This document shows positions 50,501 through 62,323 of a stretch of 64,000 nucleotides of DNA, piece after piece (the first letter of the stretch is position 1; every line of letters starts with the position of its first letter). A model generated the notes under the pieces. The model was not told where the DNA came from and did not search any database. It worked only from the letters and a program-made list of their open reading frames with translations. The stretch is taken from NCBI RefSeq assembly GCF_023055435.1, contig NW_025963779.1, forward strand, positions 53,630,001-53,694,000, written 5' to 3'. A program made the position numbers and the translations under genes. Source of the stretch: Haliotis rufescens (lineage: Eukaryota).

Positions 50501-51238
50501 GTGGGTGTTTGGTGGATGGGTGAGTGAGTGAGTTAGTGAGTGATAGAGTGATTGAGTGACTTGTCCACACCACCCTTGAGCAGAGGCTGTTGGCCCTCAT
50601 GAAGGAGAGGTGAGTGAGTGAGTTGGTGGGTAAACAAAGTGAGTGAGTGAGTGGCTGGGTGGGTGTTTGGGTGGGTTAGTGATAGAGTGAGTGGGTGGGT
50701 GGGTGGGTAGACTGAGTGAATGAGTGAGTGTGTGGGTGGGTGTTTGGTTGAGTTAGTGAGTGAGTGATAGAGTGAGTGAGTGAGTGACTAGTTCACACCA
50801 CCCTGGAGCAGAGGCTGTTGGCCCTCATGAAGGAGAGGTGAGTGAGTGGGTGAGTGGGTGGGTGGGTGGATGGGTGGGTGGGTAGACTGAGTGAGTGAGT
50901 GAGTGAGTGGGTGGGTGGGTGGTTGAGTGAGAAAAGGTATGGCCTTAACACATATATAATATTGACCATCTGACAAAAAATCACAGGCCATTGGAAGAAT
51001 TGATGGGTGAATAATATACTGTTGAGAGGAAGCTAATGCTCAAACAGTGTTTTGGAATGGAAGTATTGGCTTCAAGACATGCAGGTAAATCACTGATCCC
51101 TGTGTCTCTAGACTGGCCCAGCAGGGTCTGCGTAAGATGAGGATGCAGTCGCGGTGGGGGATGTTGCGGCAGGAGCTGGATCTCATACAGCAGTCTCGGG
51201 ATGTGGCCAAGAGGAGGGCGCTGTCCAGGGTACCGCTG
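29580..51238 (+). CDS. WDR93: WD repeat-containing protein 93, at least 737 codons in 18 exons; last exon unresolved
   Basis: Exons 29580-29843, 30725-30920, 31605-31669, 32236-32311, 33701-33810, 35278-35340, 37646-37702, 38144-38164, 42337-42463, 43228-43411, 44366-44436, 44778-44855, 46182-46313, 46988-47201, 47955-48015, 48934-49090, 49889-50096, 51112-51238; phases chain consistently. The N-terminal LPQPYRMINK motif is characteristic of WDR93; WD-like LAVGLEDGTVVLWD. Confidence 0.85.
32473..32868. repeat. 63-bp minisatellite, about 6 copies
   Basis: Unit CAGTACAGCAATGAATACCATGTACACAACACTATCTGCTGTTTTGCCATTGCACATGCTACA. Confidence 0.95.
32992..33290 (+). repeat. 57-bp minisatellite, about 5 copies, derived from a SINE 3' tail
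   Basis: Unit GTGGCATCAACCTGATCATTAAGAGGCCTCGGTCTTATAGCTGGAATATAGCTGAGT; the array ends in TTAAACAACAAAC. Confidence 0.9.
40205..40448 (+). mobile_element. Helentron-associated (HINE/DINE-like) non-autonomous element
   Basis: TTATACC start, GTCCGTCC microsatellite seed, GGGGGTATTA sub-TIR, GTGAGC-CAC-GCTCAC stem-loop, CTTGTT end. Confidence 0.55.
41064..41608. mobile_element. Non-autonomous DNA transposon with about 65-bp TIRs and a 9-bp TSD (Mutator-like)
   Basis: CATCTACCCGAGGCAAGAGAGTTAACTGACT.. / ..AGTCAGTTAACTCTCTTGCCCCGGGAAGATG; TSD ATGAAAAAG / ATGAAATAG. Related ends at about 4495-4550 and 57004-57626. Confidence 0.8.
41712..42152. mobile_element. hAT MITE copy (family of 3815-4222), left end truncated
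   Basis: Colinear with the 3815 copy; ends GTCCCAACCCTA. Confidence 0.75.
43485..43750 (+). mobile_element. SINE-like family A, full length
   Basis: 12-bp TSD CATCATGTAAAC (43471-43482, 43751-43762); starts CCTGTGAAGAT. Confidence 0.9.
45432..45952 (+). mobile_element. Divergent family A SINE with a nested family B SINE (45638-45910)
   Basis: Inner 14-bp TSD TCATAAAGCTGGAA (45624-45637, 45911-45924). Confidence 0.85.
47352..47762. mobile_element. hAT MITE copy, reverse orientation
   Basis: Starts TAGGGCTGGGACGAGTCC; reverse complement of the 3815 family. Confidence 0.8.
48160..48546. mobile_element. hAT MITE copy, reverse orientation
   Basis: TGGGCTGGGACGAGTCC ... GTCCCAGCCCTA. Confidence 0.8.
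50046..50931 (+). repeat. Array of the WDR93 exon 3' end plus donor, interspersed with (GAGT)n/(GGGT)n microsatellite
   Basis: Six copies of about 51 bp: CCTGGTCCACACCACCCTGGAGCAGAGGCTGGACGCCCTCATGAAGGAGAG. Confidence 0.95.
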
Positions 51239-54200
51239 GTAGGTGCAACTTCCTAACTTGAATCATTTAGTTGTATTAAACATTTCCCCTGGTAAATTAT
51301 ATAGTTACATGAACCATTTACCTGGGTAAATCATTGAGTTGTATGGACCATTTACCCTTGAAAAAAAAAAATGTTACATTGTGGACTTACCATTTGATAT
51401 CCTCTGTGGGGATGGTGGTGGGAATTATAAATTTTTAAATAATTTTCTAATGGATGATGTCTTGAGGCAGTGACCACAAAATATTCTCTTTTCAAAAAAG
51501 ATTCCATAACTCCCAAGAATATTAAATGGTCCGTCCCTTACAATAATCTACAAAGTATACTTTCATTGTGATGATACCGTATTCGCCGTAATAAGCTACC
51601 CGGGTGACTTATTGAAACTATTCAAAACGATTTAAATTTGAGATTGAGAAGTAGTGAACATAGTTCAAATGTTGATGAAACAGTGATTTTGACATAAAAG
51701 GTTGTATCTAGGTCAATGACTTGGACTCAAGAGAAATGTAATACGACAATGGCAAAAGTCAATAAGTCAAATAAACAAAAATGGCAGACGAACCATAACA
51801 ACAAATCAATGCAATACAGTTTGTGATTGGATGAATATATACAATCTGGCCAATAAAATGTTGCGATAAGAAAAGTGCTTGACTTATCACTATAGCTCCT
51901 GATACAGAAAGTATGATGCAAAGACATGGTCTGCCCAGAATTTCAGTAATGAATTTTGATGTCTGTGCATTGTCTTGTTGTAAGATACTGTAATTGATAC
52001 TGTCAACAGGACTAATCCTACTACTTACTTTTTAATTATGAAATTATGAAACATGTGATTCCTTAGCATTTCTGTCGGTCAAAAGTCCGGCTTCTTAAAC
52101 AAACCATCGGTCAAACTGAAATTTTACCAGTCTGTGACTGGTGACCGATGTCCATCTGAAACTCTGTGAAACTGAAAATTTTCAATAGCAGTAATATGGC
52201 GAATATGGTATGTAGCATGGTTCCTATAGCGGCCATTGTGGTAGATGTTTTGGTAAAGAATTTAGGTTTGGAAGAGTGACGGCATTATAGTCATAGTTCT
52301 AACTTAGTTCCATGTTGTTTGGACTATATATATATGTACATTTAACAGATTTAGTGGAGATATCAGGCTTTCACTCAAAACAGTTAGGACTGAGAGCTTG
52401 AAGTAATTCTAGAGCCATGTTCATAAAAACAACATTGATGAGTCTCTGATCTGTAGCTACTACTATTTTGAAATACTGATAGGTTTTATTGGTAATAGAA
52501 ACAGACTATCCTTCAGTTTCTGGTAACAGCTAAAATGCTCTATTTTTCTTTGAGATGAAATGTATTTTATTACAGCTTAACATGATAGTACTTTGTATTT
52601 CAGCGATAACTCTAGCTACCATCAGTCCGTGGTAAATCTAACCTGGTAGTCCGTAGTGCTTTAAGCTGTATCCATCGCCCAGGAAACACACTGCAGGAGA
52701 ACATTGCTTGTCATTAAATCTACATTCTATTATGATATTACCCAACACCAAAACTTTGTTTTGAGTCCGGTTCATTTGATGAAAATAGATGTCCAATCAA
52801 ATCATGTGTTTCATGATTGAATAAGCAGCGATATCACTCGACTGAACTTGCCTCGACTTTTGTGTGCTCTCTCACATACAACCAGGACATCTTGTAACAA
52901 AAAGAAAAAAGTCTTTTCCAGATAAAAGTTGATTTATAAGTCTTCTGATTTGATTATTCATGTGGAGGGCTAAATTGGACGAAGATGCAAGTTAGAATGT
53001 TTAGAACGAGGCATTTGGATTTGTTGTTAATTTCAAGGTTATGACTGAAAGTCAATGCTGAGTTAGTGATTACAGATATGGAGATTGTGACGTCCCTTCC
53101 CAAACAAAGCTGGTGGTAAACAGGTCCAGGATATATATCATAATAGATTGAAGATGCTGGATAATCACGGATAAGCATTTGTATGCCGTAAGGAAATCTT
53201 AATGATTGATATATTCAACGTATTTGGAAACATGTCTTTTAGATTTTTTGGTTCAGTAACACCAGGATATTCCAGCATAAAGCCTGTGTAATTTGGTTAT
53301 AGATTTGCATCAACTTGTCCTCCCTGCTCTGTGTTTCTGTTCCTCCCCTCCTCAGTACATCTATATGGGGAAGCTTCTCAACCAAATACTCCTTATGCCA
53401 AGCTTTTGGGGATGTAACAGTTCTCGGCAGTATCGGCGTATTGCAACACTTTATGCATGACACAAATATTGTATTGTGGGGTAAAGAATTGATACAAAAC
53501 AAGACATGTTTGTAATGTTATTGAACATTGTCAAATGAGATTAAATGCTGGAAATTTTTGTGGCACTGTGCATGGCTACTTTTCATGATCATAGTGATAA
53601 GTTTTTTTGTTCTCAGTTCCAAATTTGAAAAATAACATATGTTGGTTCCAATATAATTTCCTGAAATCAAATCCTCACTAGCACCTGTAAGTCGGAAAAC
53701 ATGTAATGTGTATCTCCAACTTACAGCACATAGGAATATTACAGCCCCATATATTTATACTCCTCTGCTAACAAATATTCCATTGTTTTTAAATGTTGTC
53801 CATAATATATTTATGAAATATAGTTTAGATGTTGTAAAACTCTGTGTTTCTTGTATGCTGATGCTAGCTTCTTTATGTGTAGTATCCTATATGTATAAGT
53901 TTATCTTTGTAGAAGTTTATCTGTCAAACGTCTGGACCTAGTTCATGGTCTCAATGCATGGTAACTGTTCTTGAATCCAGCATTAACCACAATGGATATG
54001 ACATGCCAGGGGCTGTTCTGGGTCTCAAAGATTTGCCTCCTCTTTCAAACATATCATGTGGACCACAGTGTCAAAAAATTATCAAAATATTTATTATTGT
54101 AATCAAGCTGGAGGTACATATTACAGGAAGGTGAATCCCTCTCTTAAAAAAATCTGGGATCCCTCCCTCTACTTCCTGTAACTATTTATCAAGCAGCATG

Positions 54201-55986
54201 TCAATTTAAGTTATATGTTTGATTGCAAAGTTTGACCATACAAACATTAAATGTAAGTTCAGAGGCAGATAATTTTATTTTATAAATTGTCAGACAATCA
54301 ATCCAGGCTTATGTGGTGACATCTCTTTTCTCCATTTTTATTATTTTTGAAATTTTTGCTGCACTGGTTTCAGGAGTTTCTTTCACTTTCTGAAACAAAA
54401 TGATTGCTTTCATGTGGGCAGTGCCCGAGATCCAAGCCTAACATTGCTTGTATCATATTGCAGATTTACCAGGCCTGTAGTTACATGCACTATAGTGTCT
54501 TGTTTCAACTCTTAGAGGTGTTTATATATTTCTTGGTGAAGGTGCAGTCTCATTAAAATCAGATCTTCTTCTCCATTATGAGGCCACTCTGTGCTGCCCT
54601 CCAGTCACGTGATCTTTGTAATCAGCCAGTCAGGTGATCTTTGTAATCATCCAGTCAGCTGCGAGGCTTCTAAATTCTCAGTAAGATCGAGTAAAGATTT
54701 CAGAGCAACAATATCTTATTTATGTATCTTGAAAACAAACATAAATGGGCAGTTCCAAATGGAAATAATAAAGGCCATGCTTTCATATTGTTGTGTATAC
54801 ATGTAGTATATATATACCCTGTCATGTCTGAGCACCATGGCATTTTAACCCCAAAAGGACTACAATGTAAGGAATATTTGCTTCAAAATTTCGAAATCAG
54901 GGTGGTACAGAAACAAAGCTAAATTGTTTCAGAAAACTGACGTCTAATTGGTTCAAGAACCCACCCATTCTTCGTTTTGATTGGGTGGCATCATATCTTC
55001 ATTCAGGTATTTCAGAGAAAAAGATCTGATTTGAATGAGATTTGGTGGAGGGGCTAGTTTTGGAGTTCATTAACTAAAGATCTCAGTTATCAGTAACTGG
55101 ATCAAGATGAAAGTAGGTGATGTCATTAAAGTAAACTTTTGTATATTGTCTACTACATGTATTCTATTGTTGAAGACTTAATACCACAGGTCACTTCAAC
55201 AATAAAATTAACTTTTGTATGTTTGAAGTGAAATATCTTGATTTGTACCTGAGATACCTGTGCACACAAGACCTTGACGACTGTCTGCAGTAAGGCCATG
55301 CTTTAGTTTTAAGCTTTCTTTATGGATCTGCTGACTAAATTTTGTTGAAATGAAAATTTAAAAAAAGGTTCATACTTTGCTCTTTTTTTTATCCTGCTGA
55401 TAAGCTGAAAGCATAGAGCATTCAAAAAGAAAAAAATCTAAACAAAAACCAAAAGAAGTTGAGTCATAAAACATAGGAGTCAAAATAAAGTGTGCTGTTG
55501 TTCCTGAAATTGATTGAATGCATAGATGCAAAACAGTAGTCCCGCTAGATTCGTCAGGTTTGCATGGCTCAAGGCAACAGCTGTGTTGCAGACTCTCCTC
55601 CCACATTAAACCAGCTATATTTTTTTATACCAGCGGACCTGTAGTGGAGGAGAAACAAAACTGAAATTGAAATGAATTACTCCCCCCAACTACTGACAGG
55701 TATTTTCCTGTAAAACATCTGTAAAGCAAGTGAAAACAAATGTGTCCCAAGTGATTATGTGAGATCTACTGTGTCAGCTCATGTGTGACTTGATATTTGT
55801 TTTCCTTTTCAGAGTGCATCTACCTACAAATCCTCATCTTCCATCCTTCTCATATGAAACAGAAGACCTCTTGTAAAGGAGGGCCAGAAATCACACCCAA
55901 CTATCCTTAGAGAACATGGTGTACTAAGTAAAGATAAGAACCAGTCCATCACATCACAGAGGAGGACATGATCTTATTATTCTGCC

Positions 55987-56382
55987 AGGGCCCTGTTCCA
56001 CAAAAGTTATCTTAGCACTAAGATGATTCTAACTCCCATACTGTAAGATTGCCTTACACCAGTTCTAGTAGGGCTTAAGATGATTCTAACTCCCATACTG
56101 TAAGATTGCCTTACACCAGTTCTAGTAGGGCTTAAGATGATTCTAACTCCCATACTGTAAGATTGCCTTACACCAGTTCTAGTAGGGCTTAAGATGATTC
56201 TAACTCCCATACTGTAAGATTGCCTTACACCAGTTCTAGTAGGGCTTAAGATGATTCTAACTCCCATACTGTAAGATTGCCTTACACCAGTTCTAGTAGG
56301 GCTTAAGATGATTCTAGCTCCCATATTTTAACACAGACTTATGACAGACATTGTGCTAAGATCATTTTGTGAAAAGGGCTTC
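55987..56382. mobile_element. MITE containing an internal 57-bp tandem array (about 56019-56325, about 5 copies)
   Basis: Ends AGGGCCCTGTTCCACAAAAG / TTTTGTGAAAAGGGCTTC. Unexpanded relatives at about 46746-46858 and 59438-59543. Confidence 0.75.
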
Positions 56383-58985
56383 TAGTAAATGAAAGTCTGA
56401 AAGAAGTTAGGCCTCTCCAGAGCCCTGTTCCATCAAAAGAATGTAGTTCTCTGGCTGCCGCAACTCCCATCCATCCTGATTTTATGCCCATGCTGTGATA
56501 TTGATGAAAAATATTCCAAATATTATCTTTGTTGTAAAATGTTTATTTGCGTTATATCAACTTTTATATTATTTATTTGACAGAATATTCTTGAGCATTG
56601 ATAGCTTATATCACTGGCTGTACATTAAAGGTTAAACAGTGGTATTAGCCTAGAATGATGTTTTTGTACATTCATGTCAGTTATGATGATAAATATGATA
56701 AAGACTATTTCTTCTATTTGTCAATTCTTTCTTGGGCCTTGTATTTTTATTAGTTTATTTGTTTGTTTGTTTGTTTGTTTATTGTTTAACACCGCACTCA
56801 GCAATATTCCAGCCATATGATGGCGGTCAGTAAATAATCCAGTCTGGGCCAGACAATCCAGTGATTGAGACTTAGAGCATTCTCAGCTCCCTGGGGAATA
56901 TACAATGGCCTTTCTTCGTGACAATACATCTGCAGGGAATCTATCAAGATTCAGAGTCTCCCATTCTTTCTGCACACAAGAAAGATTGTGTGAGTGACTG
57001 AGCAGCTTCCTGAGGCAAGGGAGTTAACTGGCTATAAAACTCCCTTTCCTCGGGAATATGGTTTCTGAGTGGTAGCGTGAACAGTATTCAGTCCAAAAGG
57101 GTTCAGATCTGCTACTTATAAAAACTCAGACTGATTCTGGTCTCAGATGGAAATCACTTTCATGTTTGTAGTCTCCTGTGATATCATTCCATTGTGCTAA
57201 CAGGTTAAATCTCATAAGCCGGGATGTTCAACATCCCAGGGATTTTGTTTTTAAAGACACAACAATGTTATAGTGTATCCTGGACAATAGATACCATACT
57301 CTTATTAACTGTTCTTAAAATATTTATTGCTGGGATCCGAACCCTTACACATCGCATGACATTAAGCTAATGATTCTCAACTTGCTAACACTTTGCCCCT
57401 GGGGCCTTATGGACAGTGGGAAAATATTTTGAAGTCATACTTTGAATGTTATGAATTATTTCGGTCCATGTGTGATAAAAAGAATAATTTTCTTCTACAG
57501 TTGATATGTGTAATAACATCTGAATGATTCAAGAAATACACATTGCCATCTACTTTTGGAAAGCAGTAGCTGAGAGCATGTTGAACGACTTTTTATCGTC
57601 AGTGAACTCCCTTTCCTGGGAAGATGAATCCTCTCTGAGGGACAAACACTCCAGCTCAAGGCAGTTGGCCCTTGTGTCTGTGATCTATTAATATCACTAG
57701 TGTTAGAAATGCACCATCCTGTATATGTAAAGACATATTGAATAGTACATTTATGACCCTTGTGTGATCTTAATAGATCCAGAAATATTTAAACAATGAC
57801 ATAGCCAGTGCTCTGGACAAATGCAGGCAGCTGGTGCGATATATTCCGGTGACTGTTTTACAAAAAAAAATCGGTATATACATATTCAGCATTATCAAGT
57901 ATGTTAAAAAAGAGATGGGTAGAATAGCTCTTCAGCAACCCATGCTTGCCATGAAAGGCGACTATGCTTGTCATAAGATTTGTTTGGTTTTGTACTTTAT
58001 GCTGCACTCAGATTGACATCATGAACATCGATCTACCAAATCAGGATCAATGACATGTATCAACCGCTTGTCGTAAGAGGCAACTAACGGGATGGGATGG
58101 TCGTGATGCCAATCACTGGATTGTCTGGTCCAGATTCGATTATTTACAGACCGCCGTCTTAAGCTGGAATATTGCTGAGTGCGGCATTAAACAAAAAACA
58201 AACAAGTCGGTATAAACGGTTGAATTAAACACTTTCTCTCGGGTTTTTATGATATTAAAAAAAACATTTGAGGGATACAACAAAAAGTCGTCAGTCCCGA
58301 TATTTTATTCCAAGATGAGGTCTGAAAAAAAGATCTAAAAAACCCATCCCATTGGACATCTTTGATGGCACTGTGCCCAGACACAAGCCAGGGAAGTTCC
58401 AGTTAGAATCAGATGGGGTGAACTGACTCCATGACTTCGTTGATGGCGTGTCAAATTATTTATTCTACAACATAGAAAGTTTGACGGCTAGCTGAAAAAC
58501 GTTGGACCGCACATGAGTATAGTATAAAGAAAGAGTTTTATTACAGACCTGTATGTACATAGAAATCAAGATATTCAAAACATGAAAAACTAGGAATAAC
58601 TCAATCACCTGTTTCACAAAGCGATCTTGCATTACGACGATTAGACATGCTACGATCACTTCGTTCAGAGTATACTGTAAATTAGACCCTAAAACAAAAA
58701 TATACGATACAGCCCATTTAAGTCTATAATAGTTGGCAAGTCTAGATTTCTGCAGTGTCTGAAAATGAACAGAGTCCCTGGGATCCTTTTTATTATATTT
58801 TATTAAGATAAACCAACAACTGTTGTATTTTTCTGTGAACTATTTTCATTTTAAAGACTGGATGTTAGTCTATGCACAGGGTTGACATGGAACAAACCAT
58901 TCATCGCCACTCCCCTTTGCGCAACGAGCGACTTGCCTCGAAACAACGGTGGTGGTGGTCCCGAATGCGTATTACAGCACCAATC

Positions 58986-59071
58986 TAGACTGGTTCCCGT
59001 TCGTTTCTGCGACTGATTCGAAAGCGGAACAAGTGCAGCGACACCAAGCGGAGGGTCCGGGAACCAGTCTA
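58986..59071. mobile_element. 86-bp MITE with TAG..CTA termini and a 9-bp TSD (Academ-like)
   Basis: Perfect 14-bp TIR TAGACTGGTTCCCG / CGGGAACCAGTCTA; TSD GCACCAATC (58977-58985, 59072-59080). Confidence 0.85.
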
Positions 59072-59171
59072 GCACCAATCTCACGTTCGGCTGTTTCCGT
59101 CAAGCCCGTAAAAAAGAATGGTTTTGCCAGCGCCCTCTGTTGGCAGATTGCAAAAGCACACGTCGAGATCA

Positions 59172-59301
59172 TGACGTCACAATATCATGACGTCAACAGA
59201 CATTTAACGTCACAATAACATTGCCACCGGACGGCCACTCTCCTGATTCATTTGTCGGACCACAGTTATTGGGATCCAAAAACTAGGAACTTCTCTGTCA
59301 G
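59172..59301 (+). promoter_or_regulatory. Putative promoter and non-coding first exon of the gene at 60769
   Basis: Two full CRE palindromes TGACGTCA (59172-59179, 59188-59195) in a CpG-richer patch; donor CAG|GTAAAC at 59301. Confidence 0.5.
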
Positions 59302-59705
59302 GTAAACAGGCAATTGAAATGATGTATTTTGGTGGCAATGTATAGGGCTATGAAATAGATCTCCCGATAGAGTTAAATAGTAACACCAAGTTACCCGTTT
59401 TCATTTAGACAATGGCAATTAGGGATACATTCTCTCCAGGGAGCCGTTCGCAAAGCGATCTTAGCGCTACGACAGTCAAACTTAAAGTATGGGATCCAGT
59501 GCGACAAGCTAAGCGCTAACATCGCTTTGTGGAAAGGGACCTTGAAATATTTTTATTAAAGGCCTAACAGCTATTAAGACAAAACTACATGCCTAACATA
59601 AATCGTACACTTTATTACGAGTTATTGCAAACTAATATAAAACCATATCTATCATTTTTATAATAAGTAATTAATTAGTAACCATTTTCTTTCATTTAAT
59701 TGTGG

Positions 59706-60055
59706 ACCGCCTCCGTGGTCTAGTGGTAGAGCGTTCGCCCGGAGAGCGGAAGGTCCGGGGTTCGATCCCCGGCCGCGTCATACCAAAAGACGTTAATAGA
59801 TGGTACTTGTTGGTACCCTGTCTGGCGCTCGTCATAAGGGGCTAAAATAAGGACTGGTCGGCTCGGAGTCAGTATACTGTGTCTGAGTGGGGTATTCATG
59901 TTAAAACTGCGGCATGGTATCTCAGTGGGCTAGCACTATAAATCGGCATCAGTCCGGACTAGTACAAGCAGCCACACACACACACACGTGCATGCACGTC
60001 GCTATATATGTGCAATAATCTTGGACGCGACGTTAAACCGCGTTTCACTTCACCT
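59706..60055 (+). mobile_element. tRNA-derived SINE family D, full length
   Basis: A box TGGTCTAGTGG, B box GGTTCGATCCCC, about 350-bp body; TSD TCATTTAAT(T/G)GTGG. Confidence 0.85.
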
Positions 60056-60768
60056 CATTTAATGGTGGCCAACTGTTCTAATAAATGTGCTCAAAGGCAA
60101 TCGGTTCTTGATCAAATTACATTACTCGCTGGCATTCAAGATTAGAAATTGTGCAATATGCGGGCATACGGGGCTTCTCGGCTCATTGTCGCAAGGTATT
60201 CCGACCATGCAATATTCACAGCAATATTCCGTACTCTACGACACTCAGGTCCTTGAATTTTAGATTACAGTTACTTTCTTCTTCACAACTTAGCATAAGT
60301 CACAGATATTCGACCTGCCGGCAATTGTTCTCGTACGCAGTGTACGGAGTTCAGGTTACGGACAGTGCCCAGTCGCTTGACTATCAGCACTCGTGTATTA
60401 AGACTTTCGTACACGAACAACTACTTGAAATCTTATTGCATGCCTTAACCCAATATATCAAATGAAATGTATCCATGATCTTACATCAACATTTTGACCC
60501 CCAGTTCTTATGTAACGAAGTGTTAGATATTTCATTTCCACATTAAACAAGAATGAGATATAGAGTAACTAAATATATCACGTAGTGCCAAACAGAGCAA
60601 TATTCCTGCTCGACTTTATGATTTACAATCCTCCGGCGATTGTAATAAGTTAGATCTTGCACTCAAGAGTACCAGGGCACTTCACAGCCGTTATTACAAT
60701 ATCACCAGGCTCACACTCGTCAGTCAACGAGCACGCGGGTTGTGAGAGACATGGGTTAGAGAGACAAG

Positions 60769-60954
60769 ATGGGATGTACAAGCAGTGCTGGAGCAGTCTC
60801 CCCAACCCCCGGGGGTAAGGACAATCAGCGGGAGAAGCAGGAAGAAAAGAAACCTCACCCTTATCCATCCCCAGGGTCGAAGTCTGCTACCCCCAGGAGC
60901 AGGAAGGGTACAATGGAGACCGCTGGAAACCATGTTAAGGTAGAGATTGAAGAG
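60769..60954 (+). CDS. First coding exon of an unidentified, probably N-myristoylated/palmitoylated protein; the gene likely continues beyond the window
   Basis: MGCTSS start (Gly2, Cys3, Ser6) in good context (AAGATGG), 62 hydrophilic low-complexity codons, donor GAG|GTAAGG. Confidence 0.7.
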
Positions 60955-61599
60955 GTAAGGGTTAATGTATGTTTACGATAAAACCATAGCTTAATGAATT
61001 GATATGATAAACTGACGAGTTGTGTCAAATTTGGAGTTTTTATTAAAGAGAAATGAGGAAGACATACGCGCACATTTTCGAAAGCTGAACAAAACGTGTA
61101 CGGTAATGAATGACCTTTACTCTGAAACACCATAGCTATGCTCGGCTTCCAACAATAAATGGCATTGTTCTACAGTTGTTAATTTTAAAAATTAATAAGA
61201 TATTGATCGCGGCATATATACTTTTTTAATGTAAAACAAGGACTTTTTACACCCTACTAACAACCTGTAATCGGAATCGAGCAGTTTTAAACCTATGTAT
61301 AGTGCATGACGAATGGATTACTTAAACTATTTCATTCAAGGAAGACTCGGGTATTTTCAGTGCATGCGCGGTAAAACTATTCTGCCTTTGTTTAGAGCAT
61401 GTGTCTGTGTTATGGTTTGCAATGAATACTACGACGAATATTTATTTACACAACATTGTGAGGTTTGTGACATTATACATTTGCATTCATCTTCTCGTGA
61501 GAACAGCTTTTTGCCGTGTAGTCAGATTTCACGGAGACATGCAGCCAGATTTTGTGGCAATCTGCCGGTCTCGAACTCGATTGACTACCCCAAAGCAAA

Positions 61600-62323
61600 G
61601 GCCAGGTTCACACAGTGCCGATTATGGCTCCCGTTTGAGATCAGACAGCGCTATGACCCCAAAAGTGAAAAAGTCGGATTACTATCCTCAATGATCTGGA
61701 ATGTCCTATCATTGTCTGAGTCGCAGTCCTACGGATCGGGAAAGGTCCAGAGAGGTCGGCCAAGCACTCCCGACAGTATGGTGCGTCCCGTAACATTCGG
61801 GAAACTTAGCCGATTGTGTCTAGTCTGATTACAATCGTGACTATGTCGTGACAGATTCTGCTGTATCGGATCAAAATCGTAACAATGTCCTGTGTTGTCT
61901 GGACGGTGTCCTGTGGATCGGGACACTGTCGTGATGAACGGGCATGAATAGTTCATTGCCGTTTCTTGCCGATTGAGTCCAGATTGCGTCCAGATCTTGC
62001 CGAATACGAACAGTCTTTGTCGGTTCACTGTCCGGTCACTGTCTGATCTCTGTCGGGTAGCATTCGGGAGAATCGGGACGCTGTCGGGACAGATTTGGTC
62101 GTTTTCTACCATGCGGAAGATACAAATCGGATCAGATTTGGATTGAGAACGGGAGAATCGGGACGAATTCGACTTGATTTGGGACACTTTCTGAACAATA
62201 TCTAATTGTTTGTGAATTTCCTGCCACGAATCACAGGATCTTGATTAGACTTTTGACAAATTTTAATCGGGAATGGTCCTATCAAAGACGGCAGTAAATA
62301 TCCTGAATATGTGACTGAGCCCT
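61600..62323. mobile_element. Probable non-autonomous DNA transposon (Harbinger-like)
   Basis: GC/CpG-rich block with many ATCGG/CCGAT repeats; only weakly matching ends GGCCAGGTTCACAC / ATGTGACTGAGCCC. Confidence 0.4.

Noticed and set aside
59706-59778. tRNA gene-like sequence (also at 26150-26219 and 45638-45740)
   Set aside because: These are SINE heads: they run into a repeat body and tail, are flanked by TSDs, and have no proper acceptor stem.
61313-62187. 171-aa and 152-aa ORFs
   Set aside because: No recognisable domain, and they overlap a GC-rich repeat-like block.
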